Shown here: positions 19,023 to 31,249 of the stretch, piece by piece
Position numbering within the stretch: the first letter of the stretch is position 1
How the letters are laid out: the number at the start of each line of letters is the position of its first letter
Assembly (NCBI GenBank): GCA_040376895.1
Contig: JBEIPT010000001.1
Coordinates: 1-38,698, forward strand
Direction of reading: 5' to 3'
Source: Lysobacteraceae bacterium
GTDB lineage: Bacteria; Pseudomonadota; Gammaproteobacteria; Xanthomonadales; Ahniellaceae
Length of the DNA: 38,698 bases
The notes under the pieces: generated by a model
Database searches by the model: none
What the model saw: the letters and a program-made list of their open reading frames with translations, nothing else
What the model was told of the DNA's origin: nothing
Program-made: the position numbers and the translations under genes

Positions 19023-20129
19023 GTGCACCATTCGAAGTCGACATTGATGTTCGCCATTGTTTCAGCACTCGGTGCTGCGAACGTTGGTGCGTCCGAGCTC
19101 GGTGAGTGGCAGGATTATGCGCGCGCGGCTGTGATGCCGTCATTCGATTGGGCCGATCGTGCTCAGCACACGCCCACATTGTACGACCGTGGCGCCCAAG
19201 TGGAGCTGCAAGAGCTGTTCGCGTTCCAGGTGCGCAACGAGCACCAGAAAATCGCGCTTGCCGTAGGCCGCTCTGCCGTCACCGAAACGCCGATGGCGCG
19301 GGCAGTCAATGCAGATGCATCGTTCTTCAACGCCGGGCGCAGCACGCTCGTGCGCGACCTCGTGGCGCCGAGCTTCAGTGCCGAAACCGGTGGTGGTGTG
19401 GTCACGGCAGGTGTCGTGATTGCCGAACAGCGTTTCGCCTCGTTGGGCATGGGCGCTACTGTCGTCGATACCGCCGAAGAGGTGGATCGTTCGTTGCCGG
19501 TGGAAAAAGTCGCCGGTACCGGCGTCCGTTTGGCGTATACCGCACCGATCAGCAGCAAGTTCAGCGTCGACACCTTTGTGCAATCGCGCGTGAACATGGA
19601 AGCACTGCACGCGTATCGCGGCGTGTTCTCCGATCCGGGTGATTTCGATATTCCGTCGCAGGCTGGTGTCACGGTGCGTTATCAGTTCGCGCCGAAATGG
19701 CAGTTGGCCGTGTCGGCAGACCGCATTCGCTACAGCGAGCTCACTGCATTCTCCAGCAACGCGCTGCCAACGCGCTTCCTGTCGCTGCTGGGCGACAGCA
19801 CGTCGCCGGAATTCGCTTGGCAGGATCTCGATGTGCTCGGTGCGGAAGTCAGTTATTCGTTGAACCAGCGCAGCGGGCTGATCGCACGGTACGGCACGCA
19901 CCAGCAGCCGGAGCCCACCTCCACGCTGCTCCGCTCGGCTCTTGATGACGCCATCGGCGGCGGTTTCGTCGCGCTGGGATATCACCAGGGCACCCGCAAT
20001 TTCGGAAGTTTCGCGCTGAACGCAACCTATGCGGACACGCAATCTTTCCTCGGCAATGTTTCCGCAGCAAACAAGGATGCCACCGGCGCTCAAGTCGAGC
20101 TCGAGGCTTCCTGGCGGTTCGATTTTTGA
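19023..20129 (+). CDS. Outer-membrane beta-barrel, OmpP1/FadL/TodX-like
   Basis: Signal-peptide-like N-terminus. YRGVFSDPGDFDIP and LGD..PEFAWQD resemble TodX/FadL-family segments. The terminal WRFDF is a beta-signal. The start codon is uncertain. Confidence 0.7.
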   Translation: MHHSKSTLMFAIVSALGAANVGASELGEWQDYARAAVMPSFDWADRAQHTPTLYDRGAQVELQELFAFQVRNEHQKIALAVGRSAVTETPMARAVNADASFFNAGRSTLVRDLVAPSFSAETGGGVVTAGVVIAEQRFASLGMGATVVDTAEEVDRSLPVEKVAGTGVRLAYTAPISSKFSVDTFVQSRVNMEALHAYRGVFSDPGDFDIPSQAGVTVRYQFAPKWQLAVSADRIRYSELTAFSSNALPTRFLSLLGDSTSPEFAWQDLDVLGAEVSYSLNQRSGLIARYGTHQQPEPTSTLLRSALDDAIGGGFVALGYHQGTRNFGSFALNATYADTQSFLGNVSAANKDATGAQVELEASWRFDF

Positions 20130-20159
20130 CACTTCTATCCAGGGCTTAGATTCAAGTGC

Positions 20160-20188
20160 GGGCTCGAGCAATCGAGCCCATTTTTTTT
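20160..20188 (+). terminator. Rho-independent terminator
   Basis: gggctcga-gcaa-tcgagccc followed by a + T8, about 30 bp after the stop codon. Confidence 0.9.
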
Positions 20189-20470
20189 GCGCGGAATCCG
20201 TTGTTTCGCTTGTGGCATGAGTAGATCCGGAAGTGGCGTCATGGCGACTCACATTGCGAATCCGCGCACAGAACGGAAGCCGCAAGACGCTGTCCACCAG
20301 ACAAAGACCCCGTCGATCGCGTACATTAGGCGGTCGGGACCGATTACATATGTCCATTGTCCGGGGGCGGTTTCCGATCAGTCACACCCGAGCGCACCTG
20401 ACACGTACCGAGCGTTTGGGCCTCGGACGTCGCATATTCAGACCAGCGTTAGGGAAGAGAGGAACAAACC

Positions 20471-20893
20471 ATGAATCTTGGTGCAGTGATCAAGCAGGAA
20501 ATCCAGCGACTCGCGCGACGCGAAGTTGGCGGTGTGGTCAAAGAGTTGCGCGCTTCGTTGAAAAAACAGCGCGCGGAAATCCTGGCGCTCAAGAAGTCCC
20601 TGCGGCAGGTGGCCAAAACCCGTGCCGTTGGTCGACCACGTGCCAATGCCGTCGAAGAAGGCCCGTCGGATGGCATCCAGCTTAGATTCTCGCCAAAGCG
20701 TCTTGCACAACTGCGGGCGAAAAAGGACATCACCCTCGGTGAACTCGCCCGTTTGACCGAGACCAGTGCCCCGACCCTGACCAAGTGGTTGAGTGGCGCC
20801 AGTCGTCCGTCGCCGGCGCAACTCCAGAAAATATCCTGGATCCGATCGCAGAGCCCGCGCGCGCTGCGCGAGTTTCTTGCCAAGCCGGAATAA
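20471..20893 (+). CDS. XRE-family helix-turn-helix protein with N-terminal coiled coil
   Basis: Strong RBS (gagagga). MNLGAVIKQEIQRLARRE coiled coil, then an HTH_3 pattern RFSPKRLAQLRAKKDITLGELARL...TLTKWLSGASRP. Confidence 0.8.
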   Translation: MNLGAVIKQEIQRLARREVGGVVKELRASLKKQRAEILALKKSLRQVAKTRAVGRPRANAVEEGPSDGIQLRFSPKRLAQLRAKKDITLGELARLTETSAPTLTKWLSGASRPSPAQLQKISWIRSQSPRALREFLAKPE

Positions 20894-20901
20894 AGGCACG
20901 G

Positions 20902-20937
20902 ATCAGCCTCGGTATCCAGCAATGACCCGAGGCTGAT
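20902..20937. terminator. Inverted repeat just downstream of the HTH gene
   Basis: atcagcctcgg...ccgaggctgat forms an 11-bp stem. Confidence 0.45.
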
Positions 20938-20947
20938 GAAACGAACA

Positions 20948-21015
20948 GTGGGAGCTTCAGCCGCGATGGGGTGCTCGCCCGAAGTCTCGAGGAATCGCGG
21001 CTGAAGCCGCTCCCA
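20948..21015. repeat. REP doublet (REPIN), GTGG-type
   Basis: gtgggagc(ggc)ttcagccgcgat ... atcgcggctgaagccgctccca form an inverted pair resembling Xanthomonadales REP units. The left arm lacks 3 bp. Confidence 0.75.
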
Positions 21016-21048
21016 GTGAAACCCCAAATCCATTTCGGAGCGATAGCA

Positions 21049-21128
21049 CCCCCCGATGTTCGGCGAGGGTTGGAGGAATTTCGGCAAGCACTTCGCCCTT
21101 TTGCTTCGCCCTGCGAAGCACAAGGAGC
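21049..21128 (+). repeat. ~85 bp two-hairpin dispersed repeat, copy 1
   Basis: cccgatgttcggcgagggttggagg...ggcaagcactt...tgcttcgccctgcgaagcac, matching copies 2 and 3. Confidence 0.85.
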
Positions 21129-21155
21129 TGCGGCTAAGCTTCGGACTGGCCATCG

Positions 21156-21240
21156 CCCTCCCCGATGTTCGGGGAGGGTTGGGAGGGGTTTAGGCAAACA
21201 CTTTTCGCTCTTGTGCTTCGCCCTGCGAAGCACAAGAGCG
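21156..21240 (+). repeat. ~85 bp two-hairpin dispersed repeat, copy 2
   Basis: ccctccccgatgttcggggagggttgggagggg...ggcaaacactt...cgctcttgtgcttcgc-cct-gcgaagcacaagagcg (16-bp perfect stem). Confidence 0.85.
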
Positions 21241-21295
21241 GTGGTTTCACCCGATCGATGCGTTGTGTTGCATCGGCCGGTTGAGACAGCTGCTC

Positions 21296-22714
21296 CTACT
21301 CGAGCGGCGATTGTTCGATGATGGCGAACCCGCGCTCGGTCAGTTCGCTGCGGGCTTCGCGGGTTGCGCTGCCCAGCAGCAGGATGGTGCGCTGCTGCGC
21401 GCGCACGGTACTGGTGTCGAGAAACGCCGCGATGTCGTCATCCCAGGTCAATCGGTCTACCGGCACGGGCAAATAAATTTCGCCTTCACAATCCGCGCCG
21501 AAGCCGGCACCGATATGGCGCAGCGTGCAGGCGCCAATCGGCACGCCACTCTTGCCGGGCAACGGTGCCGACAGCAACTGGCGAATGCCATTGACGACAA
21601 ACCGGGCTTCGATCTGATTCTTGGCGGTATTGGCCAGTTCGAGTGCTTCATCGCAGCCGCCGCGAATCTGCATTTGCTCCAGACCCACAACAAATGCGGT
21701 CTCCATGCTCGGCGTGAACGATGACTTGCGCACGAATCGCCGGCTCAGTTCATCGCTGCAACCCATCGCATTCAAGCGAAGCCGGTTGTTCTCCGCAAGA
21801 CTCTTTTCGTCGAGCCGCCATGCCGTGTCGTCGATACGCAGCAGTTCCGGGATCACACCCCAGGTTGCAGCACCCAGTGCATCGATTGCCAAACCAAACG
21901 CTTTCGCGCTGCCGGCCGAAGACCAGGCCATTCGATCGAGTTCGGCGGCCAGTACCGGGTTATCGGAGTAGGGGTCCACGCCCAGGTGCAGCGCAATTTC
22001 CGTCCGCGCTTCCTTGAAGCCAACTTTGCGCTTGACCAGCCGCATGCCCTGTTTCTTGCCGCGTTCGATATTTCGGTCGCGCGTGGCGACCACCGGCTCC
22101 GGCTTTCGGCCGGCATCAAATGGCCCCGGCTGATTCGGCTGCTCGTCGGCCAGTTCGTCGACGGCGTCGTCGCGTGCGCGTGACAGGCTGTCGCGGACAT
22201 CACCGGCGCGATCCTTGATCAGACGCTCCACGCCTTTCGGCAAAGCCTTGACCGTATCGATCGGGCGAGTGACGACACGCTTCAAGCCGTTGAATGTCTC
22301 GATGGTCTTGCGTTTGGCCGTGTTCCACGCCGCTTCGTCGTGGCCTGCATCCTTCAGTCGGCGCAGGGCTTCCACTTCCTCGATCCGCACGGGAACGAGT
22401 TCACGGCTTTCCGCGACCCAAGTGCCGTAGTCGGATTCGATCGTGAACTGCATCATGTAGCCGGACAATTGAACTTTGGGCAGCACGCGGTATCCCGGCC
22501 CACTCAACAAGCTGGGTTCGAGTACATCCGCAGCCTGGACGTCCGACTGCGACGAAGCATCCGGCGGCGTGTCTGGTGCGCCTTGTGATGTGGCCTCCGA
22601 AACGGGGTCGACCGTCGGCTCGAAGCCGGTGGTGGTCATGGGCGTTTCGTCTTCGGCGACACATGCGCCGACAAGGAGCATCAGCGCCAGCAGCGATCTC
22701 AGTTCCAACTGCAT
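21296..22714 (-). CDS. Hypothetical lipoprotein
   Basis: 472-aa ORF with a lipobox-like [11 protein letters not shown] and a low-complexity P/T/D linker. Its start overlaps the tdh stop. Confidence 0.7.
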   Translation of the reverse strand: MQLELRSLLALMLLVGACVAEDETPMTTTGFEPTVDPVSEATSQGAPDTPPDASSQSDVQAADVLEPSLLSGPGYRVLPKVQLSGYMMQFTIESDYGTWVAESRELVPVRIEEVEALRRLKDAGHDEAAWNTAKRKTIETFNGLKRVVTRPIDTVKALPKGVERLIKDRAGDVRDSLSRARDDAVDELADEQPNQPGPFDAGRKPEPVVATRDRNIERGKKQGMRLVKRKVGFKEARTEIALHLGVDPYSDNPVLAAELDRMAWSSAGSAKAFGLAIDALGAATWGVIPELLRIDDTAWRLDEKSLAENNRLRLNAMGCSDELSRRFVRKSSFTPSMETAFVVGLEQMQIRGGCDEALELANTAKNQIEARFVVNGIRQLLSAPLPGKSGVPIGACTLRHIGAGFGADCEGEIYLPVPVDRLTWDDDIAAFLDTSTVRAQQRTILLLGSATREARSELTERGFAIIEQSPLE

Positions 22715-23733
22715 ACTACTTTCCCGCAAACACCGGCATCCATCAGATCGAAGCCCTTCTGGAAATCGTCGATGTGGATCTGGTGCGTCAGCACCTTCTG
22801 CAGCGGGAATCCAGTCAGCACCATCTGCGTCATCTTGTACCAGGTCTCATACATGCGTCGGCCATAGATGCCGTGCAGGGTGAGGCCCTTGAAGATGACC
22901 TTGTCCCAGTCGATGCCCGCGCCCTGCGGCAGAATGCCGAGCAAGGCGATCTTGCCGCCGTGGTACATGCAGTCGAGCATGTCCTGGAACGCACGCTGGT
23001 TGCCGCTCATCTCGAGGCCCACATCGAAGCCCTCGATGTGCAGATCCTTGACCACTTCCTTCAGCGACTGCTTGGCAACGTTGACGACACGCGTGGCGCC
23101 CATGTCGGCGGCCAGCTTCAGTCGATAGTCGTTGATGTCGGTCACGACCACGTTGCGTGCGCCGATGTGTTTGCAGATGCCGGCGGCAATGATGCCGATC
23201 GGGCCGGCGCCGGTGATCAGAACGTCTTCGCCGATCACGTCGAACTCCAGCGCGCAGTGCGCGGCGTTGCCATACGGATCGAAAAACGCGGCAATCTCAC
23301 TGGGAATCTGGTCGGGGATCGGCCACAGATTACTCGCCGGCACCGCGATGTATTCGGCGAACGCGCCGTTGCGATTCACGCCGATGCCGACCGTCTTCGG
23401 GCACAGATGCTGGCGCCCCGCACGGCAGTTGCGGCAGACGCCGCAGACGATATGGCCTTCAGCGGAAACCCGCTGGCCGACGTCGTAACCGCGAACGCCC
23501 GCACCGACTTCGACGATTCGCCCGACGAACTCATGGCCGATCACGAGACCGGGCTTGATCGTGCGCTGGCTCCATTCGTCCCACTTGTAGATGTGCAGGT
23601 CAGTGCCGCAGATTGCGGTTTTTTCGAGCTTGACCAGTACATCGTTCGTGCCGACTTCGGGCATCGGCACCTGATCCATCCAGATGCCCTTGACCGCTTC
23701 CTTCTTGACCAACGCTTTCATCATTCGCGACAT
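22699..23733 (-). CDS. tdh: L-threonine 3-dehydrogenase
   Basis: [18 protein letters not shown].......C zinc site, GAGPIG and [14 protein letters not shown]. Confidence 0.97.
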   Translation of the reverse strand: MSRMMKALVKKEAVKGIWMDQVPMPEVGTNDVLVKLEKTAICGTDLHIYKWDEWSQRTIKPGLVIGHEFVGRIVEVGAGVRGYDVGQRVSAEGHIVCGVCRNCRAGRQHLCPKTVGIGVNRNGAFAEYIAVPASNLWPIPDQIPSEIAAFFDPYGNAAHCALEFDVIGEDVLITGAGPIGIIAAGICKHIGARNVVVTDINDYRLKLAADMGATRVVNVAKQSLKEVVKDLHIEGFDVGLEMSGNQRAFQDMLDCMYHGGKIALLGILPQGAGIDWDKVIFKGLTLHGIYGRRMYETWYKMTQMVLTGFPLQKVLTHQIHIDDFQKGFDLMDAGVCGKVVCSWN

Positions 23734-23745
23734 GGATTTTTCCCC

Positions 23746-24489
23746 TCAGGCTACGTGCAGGCCTTTGTAAATCGTGTTGTGCGCCGGACGCTGCTCTTCG
23801 GCGGGGCGTACGGTGCTGTAGTAGTACATGGCGATCGAGCGCCGGAACACGTGATCAGGCGTGTCGAGCGGCACCGGATGGCCGTGGAAGGTGTCGCTGC
23901 GGGTGTTGAAGATCACCGCGCGATTGAACAAGGGTGTCACCGTTTTTTCCCGTCGAGCGGCGTCCGTCGACCAGATTTCCAGCTCGCCACCGTATTCGGC
24001 GCGCCAGTCGTCGTCGTTGAGATAGATCAGCAGATTGATCCGACGGTGTGCCTGCAGGCCTTCGTGCCAGTTGAAATCGGCATGAATGCCGAGGTGATCA
24101 CCCTTGCGGCTCAAATGGATTCCGGCACCATGCAGATGCGGATCGGGCAGCAGGTGCTCGATGCCGGTCAGCTGCTCGAGGAAGCGGATGAACGGCCCGC
24201 TGTTGAGATCGTGAACGGCGTGCCGGATCGAGTCGGGAAACCGTTCCTCATGTGGGCTGGCGCGTTTGACCTCGAAGCCGATCGCACCGAACCGATCCCA
24301 GGCCATGTCGTCGTCCGGGTGCGGAAAGTCCGCCCGCATCCGCTGGGCTGCGGTGGTGTCGAGCAAGTCATCGATGACCAGATGCGGGTAGGGCGCCGCG
24401 TGACGATAGGCATCACGTTCGCGTTCCGCCAGCGATGTCAATCGTGTCAAATCGAAACAGTAGGGCATGAGACGCAAAACTCGGGACAT
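23746..24489 (-). CDS. 2OG-Fe(II) oxygenase (prolyl-hydroxylase-like)
   Basis: PYPHLVIDD, HADFN (HxD), LLIYLN, GGELE, FHGH and RRS motifs. The start is 24489 or 24468. Confidence 0.85.
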   Translation of the reverse strand: MSRVLRLMPYCFDLTRLTSLAERERDAYRHAAPYPHLVIDDLLDTTAAQRMRADFPHPDDDMAWDRFGAIGFEVKRASPHEERFPDSIRHAVHDLNSGPFIRFLEQLTGIEHLLPDPHLHGAGIHLSRKGDHLGIHADFNWHEGLQAHRRINLLIYLNDDDWRAEYGGELEIWSTDAARREKTVTPLFNRAVIFNTRSDTFHGHPVPLDTPDHVFRRSIAMYYYSTVRPAEEQRPAHNTIYKGLHVA

Positions 24490-24583
24490 CCGGGAGCGAC
24501 AGTATATCGGGCTTGCCTCCGGTCTCCCATGAACACGACCAAACGCATTTGCCACCATGGATGTTTTTGTGCCAAAAAGCAGG

Positions 24584-26783
24584 ATGTATTCGGTCCGTCT
24601 GCCGCTGTTGATGTGCCTCGGTTGGCTCGCCCTGAGCGCAGCGCCCGCGTGCGCGCTGGAAGGGCTATGGCTGCCGTATTCTGCGGACGCACTGACTGCG
24701 CAGGCAAAACAGATCGGTCTGCCGCTTGATGTGCCGGCGCTGGCTGATCCGCAGGGTGCTCCGTTGGGGGCGATCGTGAGCTTCGGGACTTGCACCGGAG
24801 TTCTGGTATCACCGGACGGGCTCATCCTGACCAACCAGCATTGTCTGCTGGGCTCGCTGCAGTTGGCTTCCAGTCAATCCCGCCACGTTCTGCGCGACGG
24901 TTTCCTTGCCGACACGCGTGCCGAAGAACTGGTGATCGACCCGAATCTGCGCGTGTATCTGCTCGCGGATCGGTTGGATGCAACGCGCGGCATTCTGCGT
25001 GGTGCCCAACGTGCCCGTGGCCGTCGCCGGTTCGAAACGGTCGACCGGGTTGGCAAGCGCATGATCGAACACTGCGAACGCGATCCGGACTTGCGTTGTG
25101 AACTGTCGGTGTTGAATGGCGGTCGCGAGTTCGAGTTGCTCCGACAACGGGAGCTGCGTGATGTGCGCCTCGTCTACGTTCCGCCAGCCAACGTGGCCAA
25201 CTTCGGCGGTGAGTTCGACAACTGGATGTGGCCACGCCATGCCGCCGATGTTGCGTTGGTGCGCGCATGGGTGGCGCCCGATGGATCGAGCCGGACGCAT
25301 GACGCCGGCAACGTGCCGTATCGGTCGCGACATTGGTTGCGCACATCCGCTTTGGGGGTCGAGGCAGGCGATCCGGTGTGGCTCGCCGGATTCCCGAGTC
25401 GAACAAACCGAAACCGGACTGCCGCCGAATTGCAGAACGTGATCGAGTGGCAGTACCCGCGTTCGATCAAGGCGATGAACGAAGTGATGGACGTGATCGA
25501 AACCGCCGGAGCCGAGCGCCCGGATGTGGCGATGAAATACGCGGCCATGCTGCAATCGATCGCCAACTACGAAAAGAATTTCCGCGGCCAACTGGAAGGA
25601 TTTGCCGAGCGTGATTCACTGCGCATCAAACAGGCCGATGAAGCACGCTTCAAGGACTGGGTCCTTGCCAGTCGCGAACGCGAGCGGCGATACGCCAGGG
25701 ATGTCGCCGCACTCGACGCGCATCTGGATCGATGGCGTGCCCAGCGAGAGCGTGATTTTGTCTACGGCACGGTGCTGGTGAGTGGCGGCGCGGTGGCCCA
25801 GGGGCTCGGCATCGCGCGCGATCTGTATCGACTGAATATGGCCCGTGCTCGCCCCGAACACCGTCGTGATGCTGGATTCCAGCCCCGCGACGAGTATCGG
25901 TTTGCCGCCCGCGTGCAGACTTTCGACCGGCGGTTCGATCCGGATGTGGATCGAAGACTGTTCGAGGTCTGGCTTGCTCGTTATCTGTTGTTGCCCGGCG
26001 ATCAGCGAATTCCGGAGTTCGAGGCTTGGCTCGGGGTCGAGACATTCAGGGCAGGCACCACGGTGGCCGATTATCGCGACCGCATCGACGCTTTGTTCAA
26101 CGGGACGCGAGTGACGGATCTGGCCACGCGCGAGCGCTGGCTGTCGGTGTCCCCGGGGGCGCTCGATGACGATCCCGATCCGATGATGCAACTTGCCGCC
26201 AGACTCTTCCCGGCCCTGCAGAGATTCGAGCTCGAATTCAAGCACTGGAACGGTGACGATGCGCGGTATCGGTCGGGTTATCTGGATGCTTATGAGGCTT
26301 ACCGCAAGTCCGACCAGCGTCCGTTCTATCCGGATGCCAATGGTGGCCTTCGGGTCACACTGGGGACGGTGCAGGGCCCCGGCGGTGATCGCGCCAGCCA
26401 TCTCACCACCATGTCCGGTCTGTTGGCCAAGGTGTCGGATGAGCAGCCATTCGCTTATCCGGAGTCCCTGCAGAATCTGGCTGAACAAAAGCGGTTCGGC
26501 CGATATGCGTCGGCGGGTGATCTGCCGATCAACTTCCTCAGCGATCTCGACATCGCCGGCGGAAACTCCGGGTCACCGACGCTGAATGCGCGTGGAGAGC
26601 TGGTCGGTCTCGCTTTCGACACTACATGGGAGACTGTGCCGTCGAACTGGGTGTTCGATGCCGAACGCGCGCGCACGATCCATGTTGATGCACGTTATTG
26701 GTTGTGGCTGCTCGACGAAGTATCGGGGGCCGACTCACTGTTGCAGGAAATGGGTGTGATGCGCACCGAAGAGGAGGCCGCCG

Positions 26784-26794
<11 letters not shown>
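24584..26794 (+). CDS. S46 family dipeptidyl peptidase (DAP BII/DPP7/DPP11-like)
   Basis: Signal peptide, then EGLWLP, TNQHC (His), [10 protein letters not shown] (Asp), YPDAN and GGNSGSP (Ser). Confidence 0.93.
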
Positions 26795-28826
<2,032 letters not shown>

Positions 28827-28829
28827 GCG

Positions 28830-28910
28830 TTGGTGCTTCGCTGTCGCGAAGCACCAAGGGCTGAAGTGCTTGCCTGAATCCCTCCCAACCCTCACCGAAC
28901 ATCGAGTGGG
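28830..28910 (-). repeat. ~85 bp two-hairpin dispersed repeat, copy 3 (inverted)
   Basis: Reverse complement cccactcgatgttcggtgagggttgggagggattcaggcaagcacttc...ttggtgcttcgc-gaca-gcgaagcaccaa. It lies between convergent uvrB and xdhB. Confidence 0.85.
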
Positions 28911-28936
28911 AAAAGGGTATTGAGGGCAGGAGCCGA

Positions 28937-31249
28937 TCAGATCTGAGTTCGGGCCGGTAGCACTTTGTGAACCGCACGCCAGATCGCTTCCGGCGTCGCC
29001 GGTGCGTCCAGTTTGACCGGCTCGTCATGACCATCCTGCGCAAACGCCGCAACGGCTGCACGTAGTGCCTCGCGAACCGATAGCGCGAGCATGAACGGCG
29101 GTTCGCCGACGCCCTTGCTACCGAAGATCGTGTCGGTCGTGAACGGAGCTTTCCGGCGATAGAGCGCGACACGGAAATCGTGAGGAATTTCGCCGAGGCT
29201 TGGAATCTTGTAGGTGCTGGGTGCGTCCGTCAGCAGCCGGCCTTGTGCGTTCGTGACCAGCTCTTCGGACGTGAGCCAGCCCATCCCTTGCACGAAGCCA
29301 CCTTCGATCTGGCCGCGATCGATCGTTTCGATCAGGCTGTTGCCCACATCGTGCAACAGATCCACACGAAGCAAGTGATGGATGCCGGTGTCACCATCCA
29401 CCTCGACTTCGCTGACTGCTGCGCCATAGGCGAAGTAGTAGAACGGTCGGCCATGCAAGGTGACCGGATCCCAATGGATTTCGGGGGTGCGGTAGTAGCC
29501 GGTGGCGGAAAGACTGATGCGCGAGTCGTAGGCGCGATGCACAAGCTCCGTGAACGGAATGGCGCGGTCAGGTTCGGCGGCAACACGACAACAGCCTTCG
29601 GCGAATTCGAGCGCCGATGTCTCGCAATTCAACGCCGCCGCAGCAATCGGCTTCATTCGCGAGATCAGCGTGTTGCAGGCATCCGCGACAGCCTGGCCAT
29701 TCAGATCCGAGCCTGAGCTGGCCGCAGTGGCCGAAGTGTTCGGTACCTTGTCGGTGCTGGTGGTCATCACGCGGAATCGCGAGATCGGCAAGCCCAGGCA
29801 TCTGCTGGCCACCACCAGCATCTTGCTGTGCAATCCCTGACCCATTTCGGTGCCACCGTGATTCAGTTGCACACTGCCATCGTGATAAACGTGGATCAGT
29901 GCGCCGGCCTGGTTGTAGATCGTCTTGTTGAACGAGATCCCGAACTTGACTGGCGTGATCGCGATGCCGCGTTTCCTGCGACGCGATTGTGCATTGAACC
30001 TCGTCACGGCTTGCTGGCGTTCGTCGAAGGTACTCTTGGCTTTCAGTTGCGCCCAAAGGTCCGGCAGGTGATTGTCGATGACCGCCTGGCCATAGTGCGT
30101 CTGGTTCTCCGGCGCGTCGTTGGCGCCACGATAGAAGTTGCGCTCGCGCACGAGTTCTGGCTTCAGTCCCAAATGTGTGGCGATCGCAGCGACAATTTCT
30201 TCGCCGACAATCATGCCCTGCGGGCCACCAAAACCCCGGAAGGCCGTGTTGGATGGCAGATGGGTTTTGGCCATACGACCGCGCACCCGAACATTCGGCA
30301 GGAAATAGGCGTTGTCGACATGCACCATCGCACGCATCAGCACAGGCGGCGACAGATCCACGCTCCAGCCGGCATCGGCGATCAGATCAATGTCGGCGGC
30401 CTGAATTCTGCCCTCCGCATCAAATCCCGCCTGCCAACGAGCGAGGAACGGATGGCGTTTGCCGGTCAACTGCATGTCCAGGGTGCGGTGCAGTTTCAGC
30501 TTGACCGGTCGGCCGGTCAACAAAGTGCCCAGCGCACAGATCGCTGCAAAGGCATTCGCCTGTGTTTCCTTGCCGCCAAAGCCGCCACCCATGCGCAGAC
30601 ACTTGCAGGTGACCTGATGTGAGGCCAGCCCCAGCACTTGCGCCACGATGTGTTGGGTTTCCGAAGGGTGCTGTGTCGAGGAGTGAATGACCAGTTGGCC
30701 ATCACCGTCCCACTCGGTCCGACTGCAATGCGTTTCGAGATAGAAGTGGTCCTGCCCGCCGATGTCCAGCGTGCCGGCCAATCGATGCGGCGCAGCAGCC
30801 ATCGCCGTTGTCGGATCACCACGCTCGATCAAGGATGGTTTGAGGTGGAAACTGTCGGCGGCTTCGGCCGCAGTGATCGTGAGGCAAGCAGGCAAGGCTT
30901 CGTATTCGGCTACCACCATCGCTGCCGCGGCACGGGCCTGCTGCTCCGTCTCTGCGAGTACCCAAGCCACAGCCTGGCCGTAATGCGAAATCTCGTCGGT
31001 CGGGAGCAACGGTTCATCGGCGATGATCGGGCCGGTTTGGTTACGTCCCGGGATGTCGGCTGCCGTCAATACATGAACCACTCCCGATGCAACACGGGCT
31101 TTACTGGTGTCGAGCCGGAGCAAACGTGCATGCGCATGGGTTGCCTGGACTGGCCAGGCACCCAAGGTGCCTGGTGCATCGGGCAGGTCATCGGTGTACC
31201 GCGCTTGCCCGGTCACATGGCCCAGGGCGCTTTCGTGGACGATGCTCAT
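28937..31249 (-). CDS. xdhB: Xanthine dehydrogenase molybdopterin-binding subunit
   Basis: QDHFYLE, MGGGFGGKE, TAFRGFGGPQG, GGTEMGQGL, TAASSG and SKGVGEPP (catalytic Glu). Confidence 0.96.
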   Translation of the reverse strand: MSIVHESALGHVTGQARYTDDLPDAPGTLGAWPVQATHAHARLLRLDTSKARVASGVVHVLTAADIPGRNQTGPIIADEPLLPTDEISHYGQAVAWVLAETEQQARAAAAMVVAEYEALPACLTITAAEAADSFHLKPSLIERGDPTTAMAAAPHRLAGTLDIGGQDHFYLETHCSRTEWDGDGQLVIHSSTQHPSETQHIVAQVLGLASHQVTCKCLRMGGGFGGKETQANAFAAICALGTLLTGRPVKLKLHRTLDMQLTGKRHPFLARWQAGFDAEGRIQAADIDLIADAGWSVDLSPPVLMRAMVHVDNAYFLPNVRVRGRMAKTHLPSNTAFRGFGGPQGMIVGEEIVAAIATHLGLKPELVRERNFYRGANDAPENQTHYGQAVIDNHLPDLWAQLKAKSTFDERQQAVTRFNAQSRRRKRGIAITPVKFGISFNKTIYNQAGALIHVYHDGSVQLNHGGTEMGQGLHSKMLVVASRCLGLPISRFRVMTTSTDKVPNTSATAASSGSDLNGQAVADACNTLISRMKPIAAAALNCETSALEFAEGCCRVAAEPDRAIPFTELVHRAYDSRISLSATGYYRTPEIHWDPVTLHGRPFYYFAYGAAVSEVEVDGDTGIHHLLRVDLLHDVGNSLIETIDRGQIEGGFVQGMGWLTSEELVTNAQGRLLTDAPSTYKIPSLGEIPHDFRVALYRRKAPFTTDTIFGSKGVGEPPFMLALSVREALRAAVAAFAQDGHDEPVKLDAPATPEAIWRAVHKVLPARTQI

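Noticed and set aside
20948-21240. CRISPR array
   Set aside because: There are only two long degenerate tandem units, no regular repeat-spacer pattern and no cas genes.
22576-24729. 717-aa + strand ORF
   Set aside because: It is the antisense shadow of tdh and the 2OG oxygenase, an expected artefact of high-GC codon bias, and it has no recognisable motifs.
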